From: Candidatus Binatia bacterium
GTDB taxonomy: Bacteria; Desulfobacterota; Binatia; Bin18
Reading direction: 5' to 3'
DNA length: 64,000 nt
Assembly: GCA_963664395.2 (NCBI GenBank)
Contig: OY761159.2
Span: 3,744,001 to 3,808,000, forward strand
The notes under the pieces are model-generated. The model did no database searches. It had not been told where the DNA came from and saw only the letters and a program-made list of their open reading frames with translations. Position numbers and translations under genes: made by a program. Shown piece after piece: positions 29,959 through 39,032 of the stretch (positions within the stretch are counted from its first letter, which is position 1; each line of letters starts with the position of its first letter).

Positions 29959-30423
29959 ATGATGGATACACAAAAAATTATTACCGCACTCAACAAAGCC
30001 GTCGCTCTTGAACATGCGGCTACGCTCCAGTACCAGCAGCACGCCCTCTTGGTGAATGGTCTGTGGCGCAAGGTCTTTGCCGACTTCTTTAACGACCAGA
30101 GCAAAGCGTCTCTCTCGCATGCCCACACGTTCGGGCAAAAAGTTGTCTCCCTTGGCGGTGTGTCCACGGTTGAGATTGGGACGACGGTCCATCAGTCCAC
30201 TGATCTTGAGGAAATGCTCAAGCAGGATTTGGCCCTCGAAAAAGAAGCCATGCAGGCATATCTGGAAGCCCATGCCCTGGCTGAGGGTAATGTTGCGTTG
30301 CGGTCCATGCTCGAAAACCACATCGAAGGCGAACAGAACGATATTGAAGAGTTGGAAATGTATCTGGGCATGGTGGAAACGAAAAATGTTGAGCGTGATG
30401 TGACGCTCCGTCGCGTAAAATAA
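29959..30423 (+). CDS. Bacterioferritin-like protein with atypical ferroxidase ligands
   Basis: E18, Y25, H54, E94 in Bfr register, LGG; AAGGAG RBS. Confidence 0.8.
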   Translation: MMDTQKIITALNKAVALEHAATLQYQQHALLVNGLWRKVFADFFNDQSKASLSHAHTFGQKVVSLGGVSTVEIGTTVHQSTDLEEMLKQDLALEKEAMQAYLEAHALAEGNVALRSMLENHIEGEQNDIEELEMYLGMVETKNVERDVTLRRVK

Positions 30424-30445
30424 ACTCTGCATCGTCAGTGTGTTT

Positions 30446-30481
30446 ATGGGCGGCTTCTTGGTTGAGGCCGCCCATTTTTTT
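30446..30481 (+). terminator. Intrinsic terminator
   Basis: ATGGGCGGCTTC-loop-GAGGCCGCCCAT followed by a T run. Confidence 0.8.
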
Positions 30482-30608
30482 GTCCGGCCACGCCCGCAGA
30501 TGTCCTCCAGGGAATGAAAGGGTAGCCGGCCTAATAAAAATCCACTCCCCATTCGTATCGTTGCGCGACGGAAAGGGAATAGATAATATAGGAGATCTCT
30601 ACCAACAC

Positions 30609-30697
30609 GGAGAGGTGGCCGAGTGGTCGAAGGCGCTCGCCTGCTAAGCGAGTGTATGTTTAACAGCGTACCGAGGGTTCGAATCCCTCCCTCTCCG
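30609..30697 (+). tRNA. tRNA-Ser(GCT)
   Basis: GGAGAGG/CCTCTCC acceptor stem, CTCGC-CT-GCT-AA-GCGAG anticodon arm, long variable arm, GTTCGAATC; CCA not encoded. Confidence 0.96.
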
Positions 30698-30836
30698 CTC
30701 TTTACATAAACGGCATCCTAGGAGGAAAAAACGGTAGAAAATCCGCGAACTAAAAGCCGAAGTTGCGATTTCCTTACCGCATGTGGTAGAAAGAAAACAC
30801 TGACGAACCGCTCTCACGTTCGGTTTTCCTACCTAC

Positions 30837-30911
30837 GCGCCCTTAGCTCAGTCTGGATAGAGCGGCAGACTACGAATCTGTAGGTCGGAGGTTCGAATCC
30901 TCCAGGGCGCG
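30837..30911 (+). tRNA. tRNA-Arg(ACG)
   Basis: GCGCCCT/AGGGCGC acceptor stem, GCAGA-CT-ACG-AA-TCTGT anticodon arm, GTTCGAATC. Confidence 0.96.
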
Positions 30912-31204
30912 CTTTCCTTCTCCTTCTGTTTCAAGGACATTGTCAAGTCATCAGCGTAGAGTGCGAAACTCACGTAATGTGAGACCGGATGGGGACGGCC
31001 TCACACTGCATCCAGACTGCTCAACGCACAGATGGCCTGTATGAAGAATCAGGTAGAACAAAAAGAGCCTATTTTTTCACGAGAAACGTCTAGCTCTGTT
31101 CTCCAGGTGACAATTGAAAACACGGCTGCCCTTGCGTTTGACCCTTTCTACTATTTACAAACCTGACGAGAAGAGAAATGATTCGACTCAAGAAAGGGGG
31201 ATGT

Positions 31205-31669
31205 ATGGTTTACGATAAGCGAAGGATTATCGCTGGTGTTGCGTTGCTGTTCTTGTGCGTGACAGGAGCAGCCTATGGGGATGATTTGGACGATGTGAAA
31301 GCCGTCTTTAACGAAGACATGAGGCTCTTTAACGCACAGAATGCAGCGGCTTTTGCCACTAACGCGCATGCTGATGTTGTGCTGTTTGGGATGTTGTCTC
31401 CTTTTGCCGTCAGGGGCAAAGCCGCCATAACGGACATGCTGGAAGGATTTTTCGCCGATAGCGAGCGTATTATCTTTATGCCGATCAATCCCGAATTTAG
31501 CATCACCGGCGCGAGTGCCCTGGCCTGGGGACATTTTACGAATACCGAGGTGCCAGCCGTTGGGCCGCGAGAGGTTATCCATGGCCGGTACACGTTCACC
31601 TACGCAAAAAGAGACGGGAAATGGCTCCTCGTTGGGCTGCATTTCTCCCCACTCGGGGTCGAAGGGTAA
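31205..31669 (+). CDS. Exported NTF2/SnoaL-like (DUF4440-like) protein
   Basis: Signal peptide ending AYG; GRYTFTYAKRDGKWLLVGLHFS. Confidence 0.8.
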   Translation: MVYDKRRIIAGVALLFLCVTGAAYGDDLDDVKAVFNEDMRLFNAQNAAAFATNAHADVVLFGMLSPFAVRGKAAITDMLEGFFADSERIIFMPINPEFSITGASALAWGHFTNTEVPAVGPREVIHGRYTFTYAKRDGKWLLVGLHFSPLGVEG

Positions 31670-31706
31670 AGGAGGGATGCTAATGATAAACCAAGGAGGA
31701 AGGACC

Positions 31707-32171
31707 ATGAGCTGGAGAAGAATTCTTGTTGTGGTCGTTGTATCGGCGTTTGGGAGCATGACCTCGGAGAGCGCTGCCCAGCAGACGCGAGATAGCTTGA
31801 TTGCGAGCTTTGGGGAAGAGATACAGGCATTGAATGGGAGAGACCTTGAGGCGATTGTTTCTCATGTGCAAGAGAATGTTGTCGTGTTCGGCTTGTATTC
31901 GCCATTTCCGATTGTTGGCAAGACCGCCTTTCGCACGTCGATTCAGGACTACTTTGAAACCAATGAAACGGCTAGCCTCAAGCCTGCCCACCAAGAATAT
32001 CAGGTGATTGGTGAGACTGGCGTGGCCTGGGGGTTGTATCAACTGGAGACGCGCCCAAAGGGCGGTGCCTTTCGGAACGTTAATGGGCAATATATGTTCA
32101 CGTACGCCCGGCCCGAAGGACAGTGGCGTATAATCAGTATACACTTTGCACCCCTCCCAGCGGGAAACTAA
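31707..32171 (+). CDS. Exported NTF2/SnoaL-like protein, paralog of the preceding gene
   Basis: AGGAGG RBS, signal peptide, FG.YSPF, AWG, YMFTYA..EGQWRIISIHFAP. Confidence 0.8.
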   Translation: MSWRRILVVVVVSAFGSMTSESAAQQTRDSLIASFGEEIQALNGRDLEAIVSHVQENVVVFGLYSPFPIVGKTAFRTSIQDYFETNETASLKPAHQEYQVIGETGVAWGLYQLETRPKGGAFRNVNGQYMFTYARPEGQWRIISIHFAPLPAGN

Positions 32172-32224
32172 ACCGAAACTTTGGCTTCCCGTGTCTGTTG
32201 CGCTGAAGCGTAGCATATTGACCT

Positions 32225-32327
32225 CTCCGGCCGTGGCTCTTGAGCCCGGCCGGAGGCATCCTTAATGGTCGGTCAATGACCGCTCATTGACCGACCATTG
32301 ACCGACCATTATCTGTCAAGACAGATA
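32225..32327. repeat. Three consecutive inverted repeats
   Basis: CTCCGGCCG..CGGCCGGAG; perfect 16-bp AATGGTCGGTCAATGA/TCATTGACCGACCATT plus an 11-bp duplication; TATCTGTC/GACAGATA. Confidence 0.8.
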
Positions 32328-32730
32328 CGCTCCCGATAGGCCAAGAAGTCGAAGGGATGCGGTATGGCAACCCGAACGCTAGAGCCGTTCGTTCTTCTTT
32401 TTCGCCTATCCTTCCAGGCCCAATAGTCATGTAAATTTAGCTGCTTATCACCCTTATCGGCAGTGTGCTCTTCCCATCCCGAACGGGCTGTGGTAGGGAT
32501 GGCCGGTCTGTACACTTTGGCACGGTGCCAACCTTGAGTATTCACTGCGTGGGGAGGGGAGCTTCACTTGTAGATTCGCAGCATAAACTCCACCGGATGG
32601 TGACTGTTCGATAGCGTCGGTTGTCCCACACCCAAGAATGCAGATCAATATCAACAGCCCTTGAACCGAAGCGTTGAGACCCGCACTGTATGGCGTCTTG
32701 AGTCCGGACAAGAGGAAAGGAGGAACTGCT

Positions 32731-33522
32731 TTGGCAGAGACACAATGGAAGGAACGGAAAGTAAAAGTCGGTGACGCTGAGTTGGCCGTTATTGAGGGAG
32801 GTTCTGGAAGTCCCCTGATCGTTCTGCATGAAGAACTCGGCCACCCTGGCATCACGAACTGGCATAACGAACTGGCTCGGGACCATACGGTCATGATTCC
32901 TTTACATCCAGGGTTCGGTCGGACCGAGCGCGTCGAGTGGGTGAGTAATGTACGTGACTTGGCTGGTCTGTACGGTCGCGCGCTACGAGAACATAATCTC
33001 GCGCCGGCAAATGTTATTGGCTTTTCTATAGGCGGCTGGATTGCTGCTGAGATGGCTGCCTGCAACGCTGCTCAGTTTCGACGTATGGTATTGGTTGCGC
33101 CTTTTGGGATACGCCCGCCGGAAGGGGATATCGCGGACATGTTTCAGGTTACGGCTAAAGCCTACCTGGATGCGAGTGTGAAGGATATTCAAGGCACCCC
33201 GGAATTTGCAAAGCTGTATGGCGGAGAACCAACTCCGGAGCAGTTCGAAGCGTGGGACGACGCGCGGGCTGAAAGTGCACGCGTTGCGTGGGTGCCGTAT
33301 ATGTTCAACCCCAGCCTAGGGCCTCTGCTTACGTGTGGCGACCAAGTCAAGACACTGATTCTCTGGGGCCGGGACGACCAAATCGCTCCGGTGAGCGCGG
33401 CCGCTGTCTATCAGAAATCTATTGCTGGCTCTGAACTGATCGTGTTGGACGGGTGTGGACATCGCCCCGAGGTCGAACAGACTCATACGTTTGTTGAGAA
33501 GGTTCGGAGTTTTCTGGCGTAA
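32731..33522 (+). CDS. Alpha/beta hydrolase
   Basis: HPGFG, GFSIGG nucleophile elbow, WGRDD, CGH; AGGAGG RBS before TTG 32731. Confidence 0.88.
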   Translation: MAETQWKERKVKVGDAELAVIEGGSGSPLIVLHEELGHPGITNWHNELARDHTVMIPLHPGFGRTERVEWVSNVRDLAGLYGRALREHNLAPANVIGFSIGGWIAAEMAACNAAQFRRMVLVAPFGIRPPEGDIADMFQVTAKAYLDASVKDIQGTPEFAKLYGGEPTPEQFEAWDDARAESARVAWVPYMFNPSLGPLLTCGDQVKTLILWGRDDQIAPVSAAAVYQKSIAGSELIVLDGCGHRPEVEQTHTFVEKVRSFLA

Positions 33523-33526
33523 GTCA

Positions 33527-33554
33527 GTAGGGGCACGGCATACCGCGCCCCTAC
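33527..33554. repeat. GTAG-type REP-like palindrome
   Basis: GTAGGGGCACGGCATACCGCGCCCCTAC between convergent genes. Confidence 0.7.
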
Positions 33555-33556
33555 TC

Positions 33557-34708
33557 CTAGCGATACGAAGTATATTCCCGGCCAAACGCTTCCCGGGCAA
33601 CGATGCCTTTCATGATTTCCGGTGTTCCGTCGCCGATTTCGAGTCCCACGACATCGCGCCAGCGCTGTTCGAGCGGAGATTCCATATTATAGCCATAGTG
33701 CCCGTGCAAGATCATGCAGGCGTGGATGGCTTCTGCCGCTGCTTTCGGGCCAAGCCATTTTACCATGGCCGCTTCTGTGGTGTGTTTGCGTCCCTGATCT
33801 TTGAGCCACAGGCATTTATACGATAATACCCGGGCGGCCTCCAACAGCGTCAGATGTTCGGCAATTTGGAAGGCTACCCCTTCAAATGTTGCCAGCGGTT
33901 TACCAAACACCTCGCGGCCCTTTGTATATTCAATCGTCTCGTCAATCGACTGCTGAGCCGCCCCAACACACGCCAAGGCAATGATCGCCCGGTTGAAATC
34001 AAAGGCGATCATTGCCTGGTAAAAGCCTTTGCCTTCCTCGCCCACCATATTCCGCGCAGGCACCCGGACGCCATCGAAAAAGAGAGACCCGCGCTGGGTT
34101 AATCGTTCTCCTGCCGCGAAATAGGGCTGACGGGTGACTCCAGGCGCGTCGAGCGGAATCAGAAAGGCAGAGATACCGCGTGCGCCGGCATCTCTAGTCC
34201 GCGCAAAGACAATACACGCGTCTGCATATCCGGCAAACGTGATGGAGGCCTTTTCTCCTGTAATGACATAGTCGTCACCCACTTTCTCTGCTCGGGTGGT
34301 AATATGGGCCGCATCCGAACCCGCCCCCGGCTCTGTCAGGCCAAAGGCGATCACCGCCTCGCCAGTAGCGTGCCGGGTGAGCCATTCTGCCTGGATGTCC
34401 GGATGGGCAAAGTCCGCCAAAAGTTCGGAGGCAATAAGTCCAAGCTGAATATAGAGACTATAGTTGAAGTCGCCGCGGGACAGCTCTTCAGCCATCAATC
34501 CGCACGTCACATAGTCGGCCATCATCCCCCCAAACTTTTCGGGGACCCGCAGGCCGAAGATGCCGAATTCAGCGGCTTCTTTTATGAGTGCGCGCGAAAT
34601 TATTTCGCCTCGGTCCCAGCGATGGTAATTGGGCGCAAGTTTGTCTTTCGCGTATTGTCGGAGTGTGTGTTGCAGCAAGAGTTGGTCTTCTGAAAAGGTA
34701 AAATCCAT
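33557..34708 (-). CDS. Acyl-CoA dehydrogenase (cyclohexanecarboxyl-CoA dehydrogenase-like)
   Basis: MDFTFSEDQ start, LTEPGAGSDA, GEKASIT, R.VFGKPL, HGHYGY, EIGDGT. Confidence 0.9.
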   Translation of the reverse strand: MDFTFSEDQLLLQHTLRQYAKDKLAPNYHRWDRGEIISRALIKEAAEFGIFGLRVPEKFGGMMADYVTCGLMAEELSRGDFNYSLYIQLGLIASELLADFAHPDIQAEWLTRHATGEAVIAFGLTEPGAGSDAAHITTRAEKVGDDYVITGEKASITFAGYADACIVFARTRDAGARGISAFLIPLDAPGVTRQPYFAAGERLTQRGSLFFDGVRVPARNMVGEEGKGFYQAMIAFDFNRAIIALACVGAAQQSIDETIEYTKGREVFGKPLATFEGVAFQIAEHLTLLEAARVLSYKCLWLKDQGRKHTTEAAMVKWLGPKAAAEAIHACMILHGHYGYNMESPLEQRWRDVVGLEIGDGTPEIMKGIVAREAFGREYTSYR

Positions 34709-34790
34709 AACGTCGTGTCCTTGGGCTGTCAGAAATTCCACCCCATGGTACGGACCTCGGCAAAACCGTGCAAGGAGTGGTGAGGCGAGC

Positions 34791-36074
34791 CTACGGCAGT
34801 CGAGAGGCTCGCCGGTGCAGGGTCGAGCGCGGAGGGCAATGGGCCGCTCGTCTGAATCGCCGGATGTGATACAGCAGAACCGCCAGCGTAATCCAGAATA
34901 CATGCACCCCGATGGCTGCGGTCCAGAGAAACCACGACAATTTTTGAAACACCGCGCAAATGAAGATAAGCAGCGAATAGTCACGACTCGCTAAGCCGGA
35001 CACCATTCTTCGTAAAAGTGTATCCTGCCAAGTCTGCGGATGCGCATCCGGCCTGGCCACTCTTTCCGCCACGACGACACAGGCGAAGGACAAGACGGTT
35101 CCCCCGACCAAGAGGCCCCCAAGAAAGAATGGCGACTGCGTCCCGCCTTGTGCCCACACTGCGAAACCAAGCCCGGCGAACGTGGCAAGATGAACCACGG
35201 TGTCGAGCGTAATATCGAGCCAGGCTCCCAACGGAGATTCGAGAAACTTCATCCGAGCGACTTCCCCGTCACAGCAATCAAAAACGGCCGAAATCTGTAA
35301 GAGGAGTGCTCCAAAGACGGGTCCCCAATAACCAGCCTGAAAGAAATACATTGCGCCGCATAGGCCAATCAGGCACGACAGCAGCGTGATCTGGTTCGGA
35401 GTCAGGGTAGTCCGTAAGAAGAGTTGGGTTAAAGGACGGGAGAGTTTGCGATTGAGATGAGTGTCGACAAAACCATCTTTTGGATTGTCGAGAGAGGCGA
35501 GGAGCGCTGATTCTGCATGATGCAGGGAAGTCGAATCAGTGAGCTGGTAGAGCAGGTGGGAGGAAGCCGGCAAGGTCCTGAGCGGTGCCTGAGGTTGGGC
35601 GGTATGAGCCGGCGTCCCGGCCAGCAGTGCTGTTTCCCAGACAGGGAGCCCAAAGGTTGCGTCCGGCTGTGGGCCGAGTACCAGCGCATCCGTGCCGGTC
35701 CCTGTTTGTACTCGCACCGTCTCGCCCGGCTCAACAGCCCGGTCGAGGTCAAACGCAAGGGCTGGGGAAAAGAGCGTGGCGAGCGAATAGTAGAGACAGT
35801 GTCCACTGGTCAATGCCCGGACTGGCTGGGGGCCGTCAGTCGGCCGTGTCCAGACGACGTGAGTCGTGAGCCGTTTGTCTCCGTACAGGTCACGTTGCAG
35901 TGCCTCTTGCCGGTGAGGATGTTCTTCCGGTCGAGCGTCCATGACCAGATAGCACGTTTTTGCGCCTGCACGTTGGGCACTGAGGATGGCGCGTTTGAGC
36001 AGCGACACCCCCCCCAGCCGGGCTAACGGATCAGGGCCCGTCGAAGGAATAAAGATGCAAGCTGCGGTAATCAT
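34791..36074 (-). CDS. CDP-alcohol phosphatidyltransferase with degenerate N-terminal nucleotidyltransferase-like domain
   Basis: TPNQIT and DCCDGEVAR..GAWLD..LD signature; N-terminal LGGVSLLKRAI..AQRAG. Confidence 0.85.
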   Translation of the reverse strand: MITAACIFIPSTGPDPLARLGGVSLLKRAILSAQRAGAKTCYLVMDARPEEHPHRQEALQRDLYGDKRLTTHVVWTRPTDGPQPVRALTSGHCLYYSLATLFSPALAFDLDRAVEPGETVRVQTGTGTDALVLGPQPDATFGLPVWETALLAGTPAHTAQPQAPLRTLPASSHLLYQLTDSTSLHHAESALLASLDNPKDGFVDTHLNRKLSRPLTQLFLRTTLTPNQITLLSCLIGLCGAMYFFQAGYWGPVFGALLLQISAVFDCCDGEVARMKFLESPLGAWLDITLDTVVHLATFAGLGFAVWAQGGTQSPFFLGGLLVGGTVLSFACVVVAERVARPDAHPQTWQDTLLRRMVSGLASRDYSLLIFICAVFQKLSWFLWTAAIGVHVFWITLAVLLYHIRRFRRAAHCPPRSTLHRRASRLP

Positions 36075-36127
36075 CCGTTCCGATTCCGTGTGCGGCGGCC
36101 CGTCCGCCCTACCTCATATTCCAAACT

Positions 36128-36150
36128 GTAGGGGCGGGTTTCAAACCTAC
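36128..36150. repeat. Degenerate GTAG-type REP-like element
   Basis: GTAGGGGCGGGTTTCAAACCTAC; inverted half-copy GTCCGCCCTAC near 36102-36112. Confidence 0.55.
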
Positions 36151-36155
36151 TCCCA

Positions 36156-36187
36156 AGTCCTCTAGTCCTCTAGTCCTCTTGTCCTCT
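36156..36187. repeat. 8-bp tandem repeat x4
   Basis: (A/T)GTCCTCT four times. Confidence 0.85.
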
Positions 36188-36251
36188 TGTGCCTCAGAAA
36201 TACGTTTGGTGTAATACCCCTACAGAAGAGAAAAGGAGAGGGTATGGACTT

Positions 36252-36965
36252 CAGAAGGTGTGGACGAGTTGGGCGCAGCACTCGGACTGGTGTTTTTTAC
36301 TTGTCCGAACCGACCCGGACGCACCGAAACATCAAGGCATCAGCTATCTGCTGGTTGATATGCACAGCCCTGGCATTACCGTCCGTCCGCTCGTCCAAAT
36401 GAACGGCGATACTGAGTTCAACGAAGTCTTTTTCGAAGACGTCCGGGTGCCCAAAGAGAACCTGGTTGGCGAAAAGAACCGTGGCTGGATGGTGGCGATC
36501 ACCACCCTTATGTTTGAACGCGTTGCAACGAGCAGTTATTTCCGGATGGAGACGCTCTTGCCTCAACTGTATGACTTGGCGCAACGGCTGGAGCTGGATG
36601 GAAGGCCAGCCAGTGAAAACGCTGCCGTGCGCCAGCAACTCGTCCAGTTTGCCATAGAAGCCGCAGCGATTAAGTACAATGAGTTGCGGCGGCTCACGCG
36701 CCAGATAAAGGGCCAACCGCCCGGCCCGGAAGGCTCTTCTGCGAAAATCACCTCTACGGAACTGAATCTGCGCGTCGCCACCTTTGCCATGGAACTCTTG
36801 GGGCCTTACTCGACCCTGGCCAAGGACTCACCGTTTGGCATTGATCAGGCACGTTGGTCATACCGAGCTCTCAGCGCCCGAGCCGGGACGATTGCTGCCG
36901 GCACAAATGAGATTTTGCGTGGGGTCATCGGCGAGCGCGTCTTGAAGTTGCCGAAAAGTCGGTAG
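36252..36965 (+). pseudogene. 5'-truncated acyl-CoA dehydrogenase
   Basis: Similarity starts abruptly at QKVWTS; FNEVFFEDVRVP, TIAAGTNEI; no N-terminal domain or EPxxGSD motif upstream. Confidence 0.75.
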
Positions 36966-37028
36966 GCCGGTGGCACGGTTCACGCCATTAGGGGCTATCC
37001 GGCAACGTGCGCTCCCGGACCACCCTTG

Positions 37029-39032
37029 TTACTGCCCGTCCGTGTCTGGGAGCATGGGGGCGATCATGAAGTTCTGCGACCCCTCTTGCCAGAGAAGCCG
37101 CACGTCTCTCCCTTCTTCGGGAAAGTCCACGGCTTCCGCCTCACCCATCACTCCCTGGACAAACTCTTCCCCTAACGTCGTCACCGTGAACGTCGCTCGC
37201 CCGAACTCCACTCCGTCCGCCAACGTCCGGACGGTGTGGACGCCGTCACCCAGCAGGTTCCAGTTGAACAGCAGCCCAAAGCCGTTGTCGATATCGCCAC
37301 ACGCAGCAGCCGTGTCCGCCCGCGCTGTCCTATAGGCCGTTGGCCACGGCTGCCCGTTGATCTCGATCACCACCTCGTCGGCCTCACACACCCAGCCAGA
37401 GAGCACGCCAATCCCACTCTGGAAGGAGCTTGGCCGGGGGTTCTCCAGGAACTTGCGCGGGTCGGGCTGCTCGGCCGGCCTTGCCGCCGGGTTGCCCTCA
37501 GGAGGCGCCAGCATAAAGTTCTGCAAGCTTTGCTCCCACACCAGCCGCGCATCTGTCTCCCCGTCTGGGAAGTCCAGAACCCCCGTCTCGCCCGTCACCC
37601 CCCGGACAAACTCTTCCCCCCCTAACGTCGTCACCGTGAACGTCGCCCGCCCGAACTCTACTCCGTCCGCCAACGCCCGGGTGGTGTGGGTACCATCGCC
37701 CAGCAGGTTCCAGTTGAACAGCAGCCCAAAGCCGTTGTCGATGTCGCCACACACGGCAGCCGTGTCCGCCCGCGCCGTCCCATAGGCCGCTGGCCAGGGC
37801 TGCCCGTTGATTTCGATCACCACCTCGTCGGCCTCACACACCCAGCCGGAGATCACACCGATGCCGCTCTGGAAGGAGCTTGGCCTGGGGTTCTCCAGGA
37901 ACTTGCGCGGGGCCAGCATGAAGTTTTGCGCGCCCTGCTGCCACACTAGCCGGACCTCTTTGCCCTCCGCAGGAAAGTCCAGAACTCCCGTCTCGCCCGT
38001 CACCCCCCGGACAAACTCTTCACCCCCTAACGTCGTCACCGTAAACGTGGCTTGTCCGAACTCTACTCCGTCTGCCAACGCCCGGATGGTGTGGACGCCG
38101 TCGCCCAGCAGGTTCCAGTTGAACAGCAGTCCAAAGCCGTTGTCGATGTCGCCACACACGGCAGCCGTGTCCGCCCGCTCCGTCCCAGAGTCCGTCTGCC
38201 ACAGCTCCCCGTTGATCTCAATCACCACTTCTTCGGCCTCGCACACCCAGCCGGAGATCACGCTGATGCCGCTCTGGAAGGACCCCGGTCGTGGGTTCTC
38301 CAGGAATTTGCGCGGGTCGGACCGTTTGGCCGGCCTCGCCGCCGGGTTGCCCTCAGGAGGCGCCAGCATGAAGTTCTGCAAGCTTTGCTCCCACACCAGC
38401 CGCACATCTGTCCCCTCGTTGGGGAAGTCCAGGTCCACCGTCTCACCCATCACCCCTCGGACAAACTCCTTGCCCAGGGTCGTCACCGTCACTGTCGCCC
38501 GTCCAAACTCCACCCCATCGGCCCGGACCACCAGCGTGTGGACGCCGTCGTCCAGCAGGTTCCAGTTGAACAACAGCCCGAACCCGTTGTTGATGTCGCC
38601 ACACCGCGCTTTGGTATCCGCCCGCGCTGTCCCATAGGCGGCTTGCCACGGCTGCCCGTTGATCTCAATCACCACCTCTTCGGCCTCGCACACCCAGCCG
38701 CAGATTACGCCGATGCCGCTCTGGAACGAACCCGGGCTGGGGGTCTCCAGAGTACCAACCAGCCCACTCCGCTGCTGACCGACCCTCCCGTCGCCGTCGC
38801 CGTCTCCATTGCCGTCCCCATTGCCGTTGCCATTACCGTTGCCGTCTCCGTTACCGTTACCATTACCGTCACCATTGCCGTTACCGTCTACCGTTGCCGT
38901 CTCCGTTGCCGTTACCGTTACCGTGCCATTGCCGTCGCCGTTGTCGACCATTGCCGTGGAGGCGGCGGCGGCGGTGGAGGCGGAGGCGGCGGTGGAGGCC
39001 GGCACCGGCGCCACCACCGGCGGATGTGCCAC
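37029..39032 (-). CDS. C-terminal part of a putative surface protein: Gly-Asn/Asp tract plus four tandem ~135-150 aa domains
   Basis: Units start at 38750, 38303, 37898, 37448 (LE.P.P.SFQSGI.V..GWVCEA...CGDI.NGFGLLFNWNLL.DG.H...RL.W.Q..QNFM). Confidence 0.8.
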   Translation of the reverse strand: MAHPPVVAPVPASTAASASTAAAASTAMVDNGDGNGTVTVTATETATVDGNGNGDGNGNGNGDGNGNGNGNGDGNGDGDGDGRVGQQRSGLVGTLETPSPGSFQSGIGVICGWVCEAEEVVIEINGQPWQAAYGTARADTKARCGDINNGFGLLFNWNLLDDGVHTLVVRADGVEFGRATVTVTTLGKEFVRGVMGETVDLDFPNEGTDVRLVWEQSLQNFMLAPPEGNPAARPAKRSDPRKFLENPRPGSFQSGISVISGWVCEAEEVVIEINGELWQTDSGTERADTAAVCGDIDNGFGLLFNWNLLGDGVHTIRALADGVEFGQATFTVTTLGGEEFVRGVTGETGVLDFPAEGKEVRLVWQQGAQNFMLAPRKFLENPRPSSFQSGIGVISGWVCEADEVVIEINGQPWPAAYGTARADTAAVCGDIDNGFGLLFNWNLLGDGTHTTRALADGVEFGRATFTVTTLGGEEFVRGVTGETGVLDFPDGETDARLVWEQSLQNFMLAPPEGNPAARPAEQPDPRKFLENPRPSSFQSGIGVLSGWVCEADEVVIEINGQPWPTAYRTARADTAAACGDIDNGFGLLFNWNLLGDGVHTVRTLADGVEFGRATFTVTTLGEEFVQGVMGEAEAVDFPEEGRDVRLLWQEGSQNFMIAPMLPDTDGQ

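Noticed and set aside
30609-31200. Integrative element at the tRNA genes
   Set aside because: No integrase, and no duplicated tRNA 3' end noticed in the window
32309-32545. 78-aa minus-strand ORF in the long intergenic gap
   Set aside because: No recognisable motif or clear RBS; cannot be supported
37029-38750. Long repeats as a CRISPR array or DGR template/variable repeats
   Set aside because: Units are 400-450 nt in-frame protein domains with no spacers; no cas or reverse transcriptase gene in the window
38780-38960. Gly-Asn tract as an ice-nucleation or RTX repeat
   Set aside because: Lacks AGYGSTxT octamers and GGxGxDxL nonamers; simple low-complexity linker
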